Source: an uncultured Prochlorococcus sp. (lineage in GTDB: Bacteria > Cyanobacteriota > Cyanobacteriia > PCC-6307 > Cyanobiaceae). Taken from it: DNA of 64,000 nucleotides. Below are positions 53,444-62,978 of this stretch, piece by piece. The translations under genes and the position numbers were made by a program. How positions within the stretch are numbered: the first letter of the stretch is position 1; the number at the start of each line of letters is the position of its first letter. The DNA is taken from assembly GCA_902629395.1 (NCBI GenBank), contig CACOQT010000002.1, forward strand, positions 20,670 through 84,669, given 5' to 3'. The notes beneath the pieces are model-generated. The model searched no databases. It saw only the letters and a program-made list of their open reading frames with translations, and was not told where the DNA came from.

Positions 53444-53977
53444 ATGAATATTGAAGAATTTTTCTTAAAAAGCGTTGGGGAATGGAATTCCATGAGAAGC
53501 GGACATTCCTTAGCATTTCAAGAGTTCGAAGAGATTAGAAGTAAAATTAAAATAGTGCATTCTAAAAGAAATGATCCTAGGGTAATTAAGTTTTTAAAAA
53601 AAAATTTAATAACTACTGATGCAATAGATAAATCATTCCTAATTAATTGGGAGGCAAAAAGTGAATGGGGCGATGAGAATCAAAAAGAAAATTCTTTTGG
53701 TGAGAGTATACTCGTTCCTATAGAAACTACTAACACAGAGGGAAAGATAATAAGAAGCATGGGATATAGTGAAGCTTTGCAAGTTGTATCACTATATAAA
53801 ATTCTTGAAGATGAAACTCTAATTATTAATACAGACTATAGTCATATTTGTACAGAAGAAAGAATATGGTTTGTCTCCAACAATTTAAGAAGCAGATCTT
53901 CTGTTACAAAAACAATCGATTCATCAGCCATCTTGCAAACCTCTTATGCATCAGAAATCCGCTCTATAAAAAAATAA
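53444..53977 (+). CDS. cpeS: Phycobiliprotein lyase CpeS
   Basis: M.IEEFF.KS.G.W.SMRSGHSLAF..FEE..S.I, G.I.RS.GY.E, EERIWF.S.N.R.RSSV, QTSYASE.R. Confidence 0.92.
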   Translation: MNIEEFFLKSVGEWNSMRSGHSLAFQEFEEIRSKIKIVHSKRNDPRVIKFLKKNLITTDAIDKSFLINWEAKSEWGDENQKENSFGESILVPIETTNTEGKIIRSMGYSEALQVVSLYKILEDETLIINTDYSHICTEERIWFVSNNLRSRSSVTKTIDSSAILQTSYASEIRSIKK

Positions 53978-53992
53978 GTTATTGATATAAAG

Positions 53993-54592
53993 ATGAGAAA
54001 TAAATCCTTACTAGAATTTGCAAAAATAATATCAGGTGTATTTAGCAATAAGAAGCAAGCCTTGGACAATCCAAAAAACTTTGCACATATCCAAATACAT
54101 GTTCGACCATTGTTTTTAAAAACTTATAAATGTTTTGCTTTTTACACAGAACAGAGATATCAACACGATATCTGGAATCCATATAGACAGTCTATAAATA
54201 AATTATCCTTCGAAAAAGAATTTTTTATTTTAAGTAATCATGAGATTATTGGAAATAAGGAAAGATTAACTGGTGGAGCTTTAGATATATCTCGTTTAGA
54301 TAACTTATCTACGTTTAAGTTATCTAAAAAGTCAGGGTGCTCTATGTATTTTAAAGAAACAAACTCTGGTAATTATTCAGGAACTATGGAACCAGGATGT
54401 TGTTGCATTATACAATATGGAAAAGATAAGACTTATGTAAAGAGTGAAGTTAAAGTGAATAAAAATATTTTTATTTCTGAAGATTCTGGATATAATATAG
54501 AAACTAATAAAAAAGTATGGGGATCAGAGTCTGGCCCATTTTTATTTAAAAAAATAGATAATTTTGATTGTTTTATCGACGAGCATTGGTAA
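53993..54592 (+). CDS. cpeT: Phycobiliprotein lyase CpeT
   Basis: SG.FSN..QA..NP..FAHI....RPL, FY.EQRY......PYRQ, GC.M, EPG..C, S.D.GY..ET..KVWGS..GPF.F.K. Confidence 0.93.
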   Translation: MRNKSLLEFAKIISGVFSNKKQALDNPKNFAHIQIHVRPLFLKTYKCFAFYTEQRYQHDIWNPYRQSINKLSFEKEFFILSNHEIIGNKERLTGGALDISRLDNLSTFKLSKKSGCSMYFKETNSGNYSGTMEPGCCCIIQYGKDKTYVKSEVKVNKNIFISEDSGYNIETNKKVWGSESGPFLFKKIDNFDCFIDEHW

Positions 54593-54624
54593 TATAAATA
54601 CTATCCATATTAGCAAAATAGAGC

Positions 54625-55932
54625 TTAACAAGAAGAAATTTCTTTTGCCTTTAATCTTACAAATCTATGACTATCATTTAAAAATAGTTTAGCAAAATCA
54701 TATTTAAGATTTATTTGCTTATTTTGTAATACCAGCAGAGCTGTATATCTATTTATCCAATATGTTGTTTGTCTTTCATCGGAAAATTGATTTATATTAT
54801 TATAGAATTTATCCTCATTTAAACAGCCTAAAATTTGTATTGCTAAAGATTTAAATTTCATATAATTTGGCCAATGATCTGATAGAATAAAGTCTACTTT
54901 GTCTAATATTGATTTATCATATATTTGCTTAGCTAGTAACAAATTATATGCATTTAAAAAGAAATATATTGCTCCATAATCTGATTTAGCTCTATCCCAG
55001 TTATTATTCAAATAATAAAGAACTCGCTCTTCGGGTAATTTATCTAATTCTTTTATCGATTGATAACCTCTATTAAAATCCGTATGAAAAAGTTGATCTA
55101 TCAAATAGAATAAATCATTTTTAAAATTAGAAATTTTCAAGGTATTTATTTTTTTTGGATCATCAATAATAACTCTATCTATAAAATAAAAAAGGTTTAG
55201 ATTCTTACACAGTACTTCTTCGTCAATCCAAAGAGAATCTATTGCCTTTAATTTAAAAGATGGAGAAATTGGTGCCTCGATTAAAAAAGGTAATACAGAT
55301 AATTGACCAGCATTTATAATATCTTGAACGGCACAATGTCTATCATTTTGATTAGATAGTCTCAAGAAATATTTCAACTGGTTAATCTTATTTTCTTCAC
55401 CACATAACTTGATTAATGCTGCAAGAGAGGCTCCTTTGACTCCATTAGATGAGTTTTTATCCTTTGATAATGATCTTATCTTATCAATTTCTTTTTTAAC
55501 TCCTAAGTTAGTTAAGGTTTGTATTACTATTCTTTTGTTCTTAAATTGCTTATACAATATTAAACAGATTCTATTAATAATATCAATATCATTACATTCA
55601 AGTTTCCCTAATGACCATATTACTGTCTCAACAAGATTGTCATCATCATTTTTTAAAAAATCTGCAATAATAGGTATAGCCTTTTTACAATCAAAAATAG
55701 CAAGGACTTCAACTGCTTTTCTTTTAGCTATCTTGTATTCAAGCTTATCGCAGTCATATTTAATAAAATCTAGAAGTATACTTTCTGATTCCGGGCCTGG
55801 GTAATTCGCTAAGTGAAATACAGCTTTATAGTAATCTGATAAAATCTTAACTTCTGATATTGGTTTTTTAAGAATATTGATTGCATCTTCTTTCTTGATT
55901 TTCGGTAGATTATTAAATGAATTAGATTTCAC
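54625..55932 (-). CDS. cpeY: HEAT-repeat phycoerythrin lyase CpeY
   Basis: F.NLP.....AI.IL.KP.......DYYKAVFHLA.YPG..SE, RKAVE.LA, L...NQNDRHCA.QDII, DYGA.YF; position in the PE cluster. Confidence 0.88.
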   Translation of the reverse strand: MKSNSFNNLPKIKKEDAINILKKPISEVKILSDYYKAVFHLANYPGPESESILLDFIKYDCDKLEYKIAKRKAVEVLAIFDCKKAIPIIADFLKNDDDNLVETVIWSLGKLECNDIDIINRICLILYKQFKNKRIVIQTLTNLGVKKEIDKIRSLSKDKNSSNGVKGASLAALIKLCGEENKINQLKYFLRLSNQNDRHCAVQDIINAGQLSVLPFLIEAPISPSFKLKAIDSLWIDEEVLCKNLNLFYFIDRVIIDDPKKINTLKISNFKNDLFYLIDQLFHTDFNRGYQSIKELDKLPEERVLYYLNNNWDRAKSDYGAIYFFLNAYNLLLAKQIYDKSILDKVDFILSDHWPNYMKFKSLAIQILGCLNEDKFYNNINQFSDERQTTYWINRYTALLVLQNKQINLKYDFAKLFLNDSHRFVRLKAKEISSC

Positions 55933-56099
55933 TTTTAATTAAAGAATCTTTATTTATTTGATAAGCTGTTTACATTATATTTAGAATAAAATTCATTCTC
56001 AACACATACAGATTTGATTTATTAAAGTAAAAGTAATCACGTTAAACCAAATACTTTAACTTTGATTATACAATAAACTATTAAGCTTATAATAAAAAA

Positions 56100-56963
56100 G
56101 TGGATAATTACTCAAAAAGTGAGCTAAAAAAAGATAAAGAAAATTCTCGGAGTGCTAACCAAAATAAAAATGGTAAAAAACAATCTATTAAAGATGAAAT
56201 CAAGTTTTTAATAAAAGGTTTAAACAATGAAGATGGTTTGATTAGAAGAAGTCATTCAGAAGCTTTAGCTCACTTAGGTAAAGCCGCTTTACCTGAGTTA
56301 ATCAATGTTCTATTGCATAGTAAAAATGTAATACAAAGGAGATCAGCAGCCAAGACTCTCAAGTTAGTTGCAGATCCAAAAGCCTTACCTTATTTAATAA
56401 AAGCACTTACAAATGATTCAGATTCTGTAGTGCAATTCTCTGCCGCTGGTGCAATTGCGATCTTTGGCGAGGATGCTGTGAATCATTTAATAAAGGTATT
56501 AGAGAGTCAAGAACATACAGAAATGCAATATGGTCTTGCCGCCTGGTGTTTAGAATTTATTGGTGCTAAAGCACCAAATGCAATAAAGCGAGCAGCTCAA
56601 TCAAATAACATCAATGTTAGATCAGCTGGAATTTCAGCACTTGAGGAACACATAAGAAACTCGCAAGACAAAGATGCTATTCAGTTAGTGAAAAATGCTG
56701 TTGACGATTCTGCTGAAAATGTACAGATTGAAGCTATTAAATTAGTTGGTAAATTATATAGAATAGAATTATTTATTCCAATCTTAATATCAAAATTAAA
56801 TAGCAAAAATGAAAACATGAGAAAGGCTTCTATATTGTCTTTAATGCAACTTAATGCAACCGAAGCAATAAGCCCTCTCCGAGACTTATTAAAGATTGAG
56901 CAAAATAAAAATGTTAGAAAAATAATTAAATTAGCTATAAAAAAATTGATTGCAAAAAATTAA
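56100..56963 (+). CDS. mpeX: HEAT-repeat bilin lyase (MpeX/CpeF-like)
   Basis: LI.GL..EDGL.RR...EAL..LGK.A.P.L...L..S.NV..RR.AAKTL.L..DP.A.PYL..AL..D.D.VV..SA.GA.A.FG; between cpeY and cpeZ. Confidence 0.75.
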   Translation: MDNYSKSELKKDKENSRSANQNKNGKKQSIKDEIKFLIKGLNNEDGLIRRSHSEALAHLGKAALPELINVLLHSKNVIQRRSAAKTLKLVADPKALPYLIKALTNDSDSVVQFSAAGAIAIFGEDAVNHLIKVLESQEHTEMQYGLAAWCLEFIGAKAPNAIKRAAQSNNINVRSAGISALEEHIRNSQDKDAIQLVKNAVDDSAENVQIEAIKLVGKLYRIELFIPILISKLNSKNENMRKASILSLMQLNATEAISPLRDLLKIEQNKNVRKIIKLAIKKLIAKN

Positions 56964-56979
56964 TAATTAAGCGATAATA

Positions 56980-57576
56980 TTAACTGATTTTATCTCTCAA
57001 AATATCTTCTTTTATCATCGAATCAATTGATTTGTCATTTATTAATTCTTCAAATAAATTTTCAACAGTCTGATTTTTCATTTCCAAAAGAGCACTTACA
57101 GAAGCTTTAGCTCTTAACAAGTTTTTATCTCTACAAAGTTTAACCAAAATATTTCTACCAGTTGACCCCAATTGCCTCAAAAGAGAAATAACAGTTAATA
57201 TAATTTCAGGGGCGTCATCCTTCAGGGCTAAATCCACTATTAACATTTCCTTTTGATTTAATTCCTTTAAATTATCATTATTAACAACTTTCAGTATCGT
57301 TTTTAGGCAAGCGACTTTAACAGTCTTATCGTTAGTATCTATATACAATTGAACGATTGAATTTAAAGTTTTTTTCCCAATCATACCTAAAGCTAATATT
57401 GATTTCCTTCTTATAAATATGTCTTCTTCATTGAGATTAGATAAAAGATTATTAATAAATTTAACCTCAAATTCTTTTCTTAAAATTAAAAATGCAGGAG
57501 AATTAATATTTGGATTAGGATGCAAGAAATCTTGGTAAAGTTCAGTATATTTACTTAAATCTAAAGAATTAGTCAA
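56980..57576 (-). CDS. cpeZ: HEAT-repeat bilin biosynthesis chaperone CpeZ
   Basis: L..DF.HPNPNIN..A, L..ED...RRKS..ALG..G; directly downstream of cpeA. Confidence 0.85.
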   Translation of the reverse strand: MTNSLDLSKYTELYQDFLHPNPNINSPAFLILRKEFEVKFINNLLSNLNEEDIFIRRKSILALGMIGKKTLNSIVQLYIDTNDKTVKVACLKTILKVVNNDNLKELNQKEMLIVDLALKDDAPEIILTVISLLRQLGSTGRNILVKLCRDKNLLRAKASVSALLEMKNQTVENLFEELINDKSIDSMIKEDILRDKIS

Positions 57577-57633
57577 AAGAGTTTAAATCACACCAATTAA
57601 GTAACTAAGAAATATTAAAATGCATTTGATTTC

Positions 57634-58101
57634 TTATGCAAGTGCATTTATTAAATAATCCAATAAACCTTTGAATTCCGTCTCAGCTTGCTGACTCATA
57701 ACATCATTTATTTTAATTTCATCTCGTATAAAAATAAATGCTTCAATGTACGCAGATGTAGGAAGTAGCTGGATACGAATAATTTCCCTCATACCTGAAA
57801 TTCCCCATTCATCTAAAGGGCCAGTACCACCGGTTACTAAGCAATAATTTATAAGACGCAAATAATGATGAATATCCCTAACACACTTATCTTTATTAGC
57901 CTGCTCATACGAACCGCTTTGGTATACAGCATCAACCGCAAGATTGGTAAATTTATCAATACAAGAAGCAAGTTTTTCGGCAGCTTCTAGGCGGGGTAAT
58001 GCCCTATCAAAAGAACCTTTCACGGACTCAAAGTCGCTCATGCTTGGGAATCTTCCTGCTGCATCAGCTGCACTGATAACGGTTGTAACTGCAGATTTCA
58101 T
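57634..58101 (-). CDS. cpeA: Phycoerythrin alpha subunit (short Prochlorococcus type)
   Basis: MKSAVTTVISAADAAGRFPS.SD.ESV.GS..RA..RLEAAEKL, DKCVRDI.HYLRLINYCLVTGGTGPLDEWGI.G. Confidence 0.97.
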   Translation of the reverse strand: MKSAVTTVISAADAAGRFPSMSDFESVKGSFDRALPRLEAAEKLASCIDKFTNLAVDAVYQSGSYEQANKDKCVRDIHHYLRLINYCLVTGGTGPLDEWGISGMREIIRIQLLPTSAYIEAFIFIRDEIKINDVMSQQAETEFKGLLDYLINALA

Positions 58102-58167
58102 GGTGACTTAATAAGAGTTGGTTTGAAGTGCTTTAAAAAAAAAAAGACTAAAATTAAAGTTGTGCAT

Positions 58168-58719
<552 letters not shown>

Positions 58720-58745
58720 TTAACTAGCTAAACTCGTCAAGTAAA

Positions 58746-58789
58746 AAGTTAAATAGGTAATGACTCGAAAGTCATTACCTATTTAACTT
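58746..58789 (-). promoter_or_regulatory. Perfect 20-bp hairpin with UUCG loop upstream of cpeB
   Basis: AAGTTAAATAGGTAATGACT-cgaa-AGTCATTACCTATTTAACTT; the loop reads UUCG on the cpeB sense strand; ends 29 nt before the ATG. Confidence 0.75.
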
Positions 58790-58941
58790 AAGACTTTCAG
58801 TCAAATTTCAATGACTCAGACCAAAGAACGCAATGCTTCTTAACTGTAAAAAGATTTTTTAATCTAATTACACTTAGAGTTATCTCAAAAAGCTTATAAG
58901 AAAATTTGATATTACTTATTTGAGCTATTGTTGCTATAAAA

Positions 58942-59166
58942 ATGCAAAGTCCTACGAAAGAAGAGCTAGAAGAATCAATTAGGGAACTAACCGAGTACAA
59001 AAATCGCTTGGAAAAGGAAGTTGTCACTATTTCAAATAAGCTAAAAATGCCTCAAAAAAAAATCAAATCAATTATCAAATCACATATAGAGCTTAACCAA
59101 ATTAAAATAATACTTTCTAAACTAAATAAGCAAAAAGACAATGTGACTTCAACTTTAACAACATAA
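58942..59166 (+). CDS. Small conserved coiled-coil hypothetical protein
   Basis: PT.EEL.ESI.EL..Y..RL.KEV.....KLKMP.KKI...I..H.EL; between cpeB and uvrD. Confidence 0.8.
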   Translation: MQSPTKEELEESIRELTEYKNRLEKEVVTISNKLKMPQKKIKSIIKSHIELNQIKIILSKLNKQKDNVTSTLTT

Positions 59167-59253
59167 CTTTATTTTATCTACTTAAATAACATTAAATCAT
59201 CTATATTATTATGCCTAAGACTAACTTTAAACTAATTTTTTTCAGTCTATAAA

Positions 59254-61677
59254 ATGGAAAAATCAAACAATATTTTTTTAAATGGATTAAACCAGGCTCA
59301 GTCTCAAGCAGTTGATCATTTTCACGGTCCATTATTAGTTATAGCAGGGGCAGGGAGTGGAAAGACTAAAGCACTTACTCATCGCATTGCACATTTAATC
59401 ATTAAATATAAAGTTGATCCAGGCTCCATTATTGCAGTCACTTTTACCAATAAAGCTGCAAGAGAAATGAAAGATAGACTCGAATTACTTTTAGCTAAAA
59501 GGTTAGCAAATGTAACTTATGGAAAGCCATGGTCTGCCTTACAAGTTGCAGAACAAAGACAGATACGTAATCGTATATATCGTGAAATAAGCCGTGAATT
59601 ATGGATAGGGACTTTCCACGCATTATTTGCCAGATTATTACGATTTGACGTTGATAAGTTCAAAGATCCTGAAGGGTTAACATGGACTAGACAGTTTTCA
59701 ATATATGACGAAACAGATGCACAAAGTCTCATCAAAGAAATAGTCACACAGGACCTACAATTAGACCCTAAAAGATTTGAACCTAAAAAGGTCCGTTGGT
59801 CTATAAGTAATGCTAAAAATCAATGTTTACTTCCTGATGATTTATTGAAGAATCAAGAGGGTCAGAGAGGTAAATTAATTGCTGAAACTTATAGGCTCTA
59901 CAGGAAAGCTTTAGCTGCTAATAATGCATTAGATTTCGATGATCTGCTATTAATACCTGTTCAATTACTACAGCAAAATGAAAAGATTAGAACTTATTGG
60001 CACAATCGTTTTAAACATGTTTTGGTCGATGAGTATCAAGATACCAATTGGACCCAATATGAATTAATTAAACAATTGGTTACTAATGGTAAGAACCCAT
60101 CTTCTTTTAAAGATTGGAATAATAGATCAGTTTTTGTTGTTGGCGATGCAGATCAAAGTATTTACAGCTTCAGAGCTGCGGACTTTCGAATACTTATGGG
60201 ATTTCAGGAAGACTTTGGGAAGAAAAGTCAAGATAATGATAATGATAATGATTCAAATCTCGTAAAGCTTGAAGAAAATTATCGATCTACATCCACCATA
60301 TTAGGAGCAGCCAATTCACTAATCTCCAACAACAAAGAACGAATTGACAAAGTTCTCAGAGCAACCAGAGGAGAGGGTGAACCTATTAAATTGACAAGGT
60401 GTGACGATGAAATAGCAGAGGCAGAAGCTGTTATTCACAAACTAAGAATATTAGATGCCTCAAATCCAGAATTGCATTGGGGAGATATGGCAATTCTTTA
60501 TAGAACTAATGCTCAATCAAGAGCAATTGAGGACTCATTGGTCCGCTGGAGTATTCCATATATTGTGGTTGGAGGATTGCGTTTTTATGACAGAAGAGAA
60601 ATTAAAGACGTGCTTGCTTATTTAAGACTTTTAATTAACCCTTCCGATAGTGTCAGTCTTCTTAGAGTTTTAAATGTTCCTAAAAGAGGAATTGGTAAAA
60701 CAACAGTTCAAAGATTAAGTGATGCTGCCAGTCAATTAAAAATTCCTCTTTGGGAAGTTGTAAGTGATCCCGAAGCTGTAAGATCTCTTGCTGGAAGATC
60801 TGCCAAAGGTCTTTTAATGTTTAGTGAGCTAATCAATGAATTACAAAGCCATCTTCTTTCCTCAAGCTCGGCTGAGTTGGTTCAATTAGTTTTAGAAAAA
60901 AGTGGCTACTTAAATGAACTAATTGCATCAGGAACAGATGAGGCAGAGGAAAGAAGGCGCAATCTTCAAGAATTAGTTAATGCTGCTTTGCAATATCAGG
61001 AAGAAAGTGAATCAGCAGATCTAGAGGGGTTTTTATCGACAGCGGCTTTGGCAAGCGATGCAGACAATAAAGACACTGCTTCAAATCGAGTCACATTAAT
61101 GACTCTTCACAGCAGTAAAGGTTTGGAATTTCCTGTTGTTTGTATTGTAGGAATGGAGCAAGGCTTATTCCCAAGCTATAGATCACTTGATGACCCATCC
61201 TCACTTGAGGAGGAAAGACGACTTTGTTATGTCGGACTCACCAGAGCAAAAGAAAAACTACTTCTCTTTCATGCATCTGAGAGAAGAATGTGGGGAGGCA
61301 TGAGAGAACCTGCAATAGCATCTACATTTCTTTCCGAAATTCCAGAAGAGCTAGTTAAAGGCGATATTCCTTTATCTGGTGGAACCACACTAAGAAGGGA
61401 AAAAAATCTAGACAGGCTGACTAGAGTTGATCGAGAAAGTAAGAAAAAGACTTTTCTCACTGGAGCTGAAAATGCAGTAAGAAAAACATATTCTGGTCCT
61501 TCCCCAGGCAAAAGATGGTCAGTGGACGACAGAGTTGAACATTCCTCATTTGGAAAGGGGCAAATTACACATGTATTTGGTTCAGGAGAAAAAATCTCAC
61601 TTGCAATAAAGTTCGCTGGAATGGGACCAAAAATATTGGATCCAAGACTAGCTCCATTGAAATTAATAGATGAGTAA
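59254..61677 (+). CDS. uvrD: ATP-dependent DNA helicase UvrD/PcrA
   Basis: AGAGSGKT, TFTNKAA.EM, VDEYQDTN, VGDADQSIY.FR.A, LEENYRST, ILYRTNAQSR, MTLHSSKGLEFP, EERRL.YVG.TRA. Confidence 0.97.
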   Translation: MEKSNNIFLNGLNQAQSQAVDHFHGPLLVIAGAGSGKTKALTHRIAHLIIKYKVDPGSIIAVTFTNKAAREMKDRLELLLAKRLANVTYGKPWSALQVAEQRQIRNRIYREISRELWIGTFHALFARLLRFDVDKFKDPEGLTWTRQFSIYDETDAQSLIKEIVTQDLQLDPKRFEPKKVRWSISNAKNQCLLPDDLLKNQEGQRGKLIAETYRLYRKALAANNALDFDDLLLIPVQLLQQNEKIRTYWHNRFKHVLVDEYQDTNWTQYELIKQLVTNGKNPSSFKDWNNRSVFVVGDADQSIYSFRAADFRILMGFQEDFGKKSQDNDNDNDSNLVKLEENYRSTSTILGAANSLISNNKERIDKVLRATRGEGEPIKLTRCDDEIAEAEAVIHKLRILDASNPELHWGDMAILYRTNAQSRAIEDSLVRWSIPYIVVGGLRFYDRREIKDVLAYLRLLINPSDSVSLLRVLNVPKRGIGKTTVQRLSDAASQLKIPLWEVVSDPEAVRSLAGRSAKGLLMFSELINELQSHLLSSSSAELVQLVLEKSGYLNELIASGTDEAEERRRNLQELVNAALQYQEESESADLEGFLSTAALASDADNKDTASNRVTLMTLHSSKGLEFPVVCIVGMEQGLFPSYRSLDDPSSLEEERRLCYVGLTRAKEKLLLFHASERRMWGGMREPAIASTFLSEIPEELVKGDIPLSGGTTLRREKNLDRLTRVDRESKKKTFLTGAENAVRKTYSGPSPGKRWSVDDRVEHSSFGKGQITHVFGSGEKISLAIKFAGMGPKILDPRLAPLKLIDE
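60232..60252 (+). repeat. In-frame (GATAAT)3-GAT microsatellite in uvrD
   Basis: GATAATGATAATGATAATGAT encodes DNDNDND just before LVKLEENYRS. Confidence 0.8.
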
Positions 61678-61721
61678 AATTTCAGAAAGAAAATGTTAAT
61701 TAACTAAAAATTATATGTCTC

Positions 61722-62978
61722 ATGGAATTATTTGATAAGGCAAAAATTGAAGACGAGATAAGAGAATTACCAGCTGGTTTTTTAACAATTCTTTTAGATG
61801 CGGCTGCCTCTGCTAATATTAACTCTATCGCTATAGTTGGAGGTGTTGTTAGAGATTTAATAACAAAGTCTAAAAATCAGAATTTTGAAATTATCTTTAA
61901 TGACTTAGATTTAGTAATTGAGGGCGATACATCAATCTATATAAAGGAATTGCAAAGACTTCTCGGTCCAGAAACAGTAAAAGTAATACGCAATAACAAA
62001 GCTTATAAAACATTAGAAATAATAATTAATGGAATAAAAATTGATATTGCAGCTGCTCGTGAAGAAAATTACCCTATCCCTGGAGAAAATCCAATAGTCA
62101 AATTATCAACAATCAAAGATGATCTAATCAGGAGAGACTTTAATATAAATGCAATGGCTATTGATCTTAAAGAAAATAAAGTAATAGATTTATTTTCTGG
62201 ATTCGATGCTATATGCAATATGAAAATAGACTTTTTGCATGAGTCAAGTGTTCTAGATGACCCAACTAGGATTATTAGGGCTTCTCGCTATTCTGCAAAG
62301 TTAAATTTTAATCTTTCAAATCAAGCCCTAAGACAAATAAAAGAAACACTAAATCTTTGGCCATGGAATTGGCAGATTGGAGATAATACTGATTTAGCAC
62401 CAACAGCATTATCAATAAGATTAAAGATGGAACTCGAATTACTCTTAAAAAGCACTTATTGGGAAACTGCTTTAAAAAATTTACAAACCTGGGGAGCTTT
62501 AATAATAGTTGATTCGAAATTGCAGAATGATCAGAGACTTATAGAAAAAATATTCATTGCAAAGAAGTCAAATATTGAACCCTTAACAGCATTAGTATAT
62601 GAATCTGAAGAGCCTATCTACTTAGCAAAACGATTACACTTAAATCAAAAACAACAACAAACTATAGAAGGAGCTTCTAAATTAAATAAATACCTAAGAA
62701 ATCTTGCGGATAATTATATATATAGAAAATGGTCTCCATCTAAATGGACAAGAATTTTAGAAGAAATAAATGTTAGTGAATCTTCTTTCAAACTTGAAAT
62801 ATGGAAAGAAAACCCTTTAAAAGAATACTTGAAACATTGGCTATTTAATTGGAAAAATATAGAGTCACCAATAAAAGGTGATGATTTAATCGCTAACGGT
62901 TGGCTCCCTGGACCAGAAATTGGAGAAGAAATCAAACGGCAAAGAATGAAATTAATTGATGAAGAAAATATCAATTAA
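61722..62978 (+). CDS. Class II tRNA nucleotidyltransferase (CCA/A-adding enzyme family)
   Basis: IVGGVVRDL, DLDLV.EG, DIA.AR.E.Y..PG.NP, DL.RRDFNINAMA, DDPTRIIRA.RY, G.DLI..GW.PGP.IG. Confidence 0.9.
   Translation: MELFDKAKIEDEIRELPAGFLTILLDAAASANINSIAIVGGVVRDLITKSKNQNFEIIFNDLDLVIEGDTSIYIKELQRLLGPETVKVIRNNKAYKTLEIIINGIKIDIAAAREENYPIPGENPIVKLSTIKDDLIRRDFNINAMAIDLKENKVIDLFSGFDAICNMKIDFLHESSVLDDPTRIIRASRYSAKLNFNLSNQALRQIKETLNLWPWNWQIGDNTDLAPTALSIRLKMELELLLKSTYWETALKNLQTWGALIIVDSKLQNDQRLIEKIFIAKKSNIEPLTALVYESEEPIYLAKRLHLNQKQQQTIEGASKLNKYLRNLADNYIYRKWSPSKWTRILEEINVSESSFKLEIWKENPLKEYLKHWLFNWKNIESPIKGDDLIANGWLPGPEIGEEIKRQRMKLIDEENIN

Noticed and set aside
55409..55804. 131-aa plus-strand ORF (and the similar one at 50714-51046)
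   Set aside because: Wholly antisense to cpeY (or to the UDP-GlcA decarboxylase); no independent motifs.
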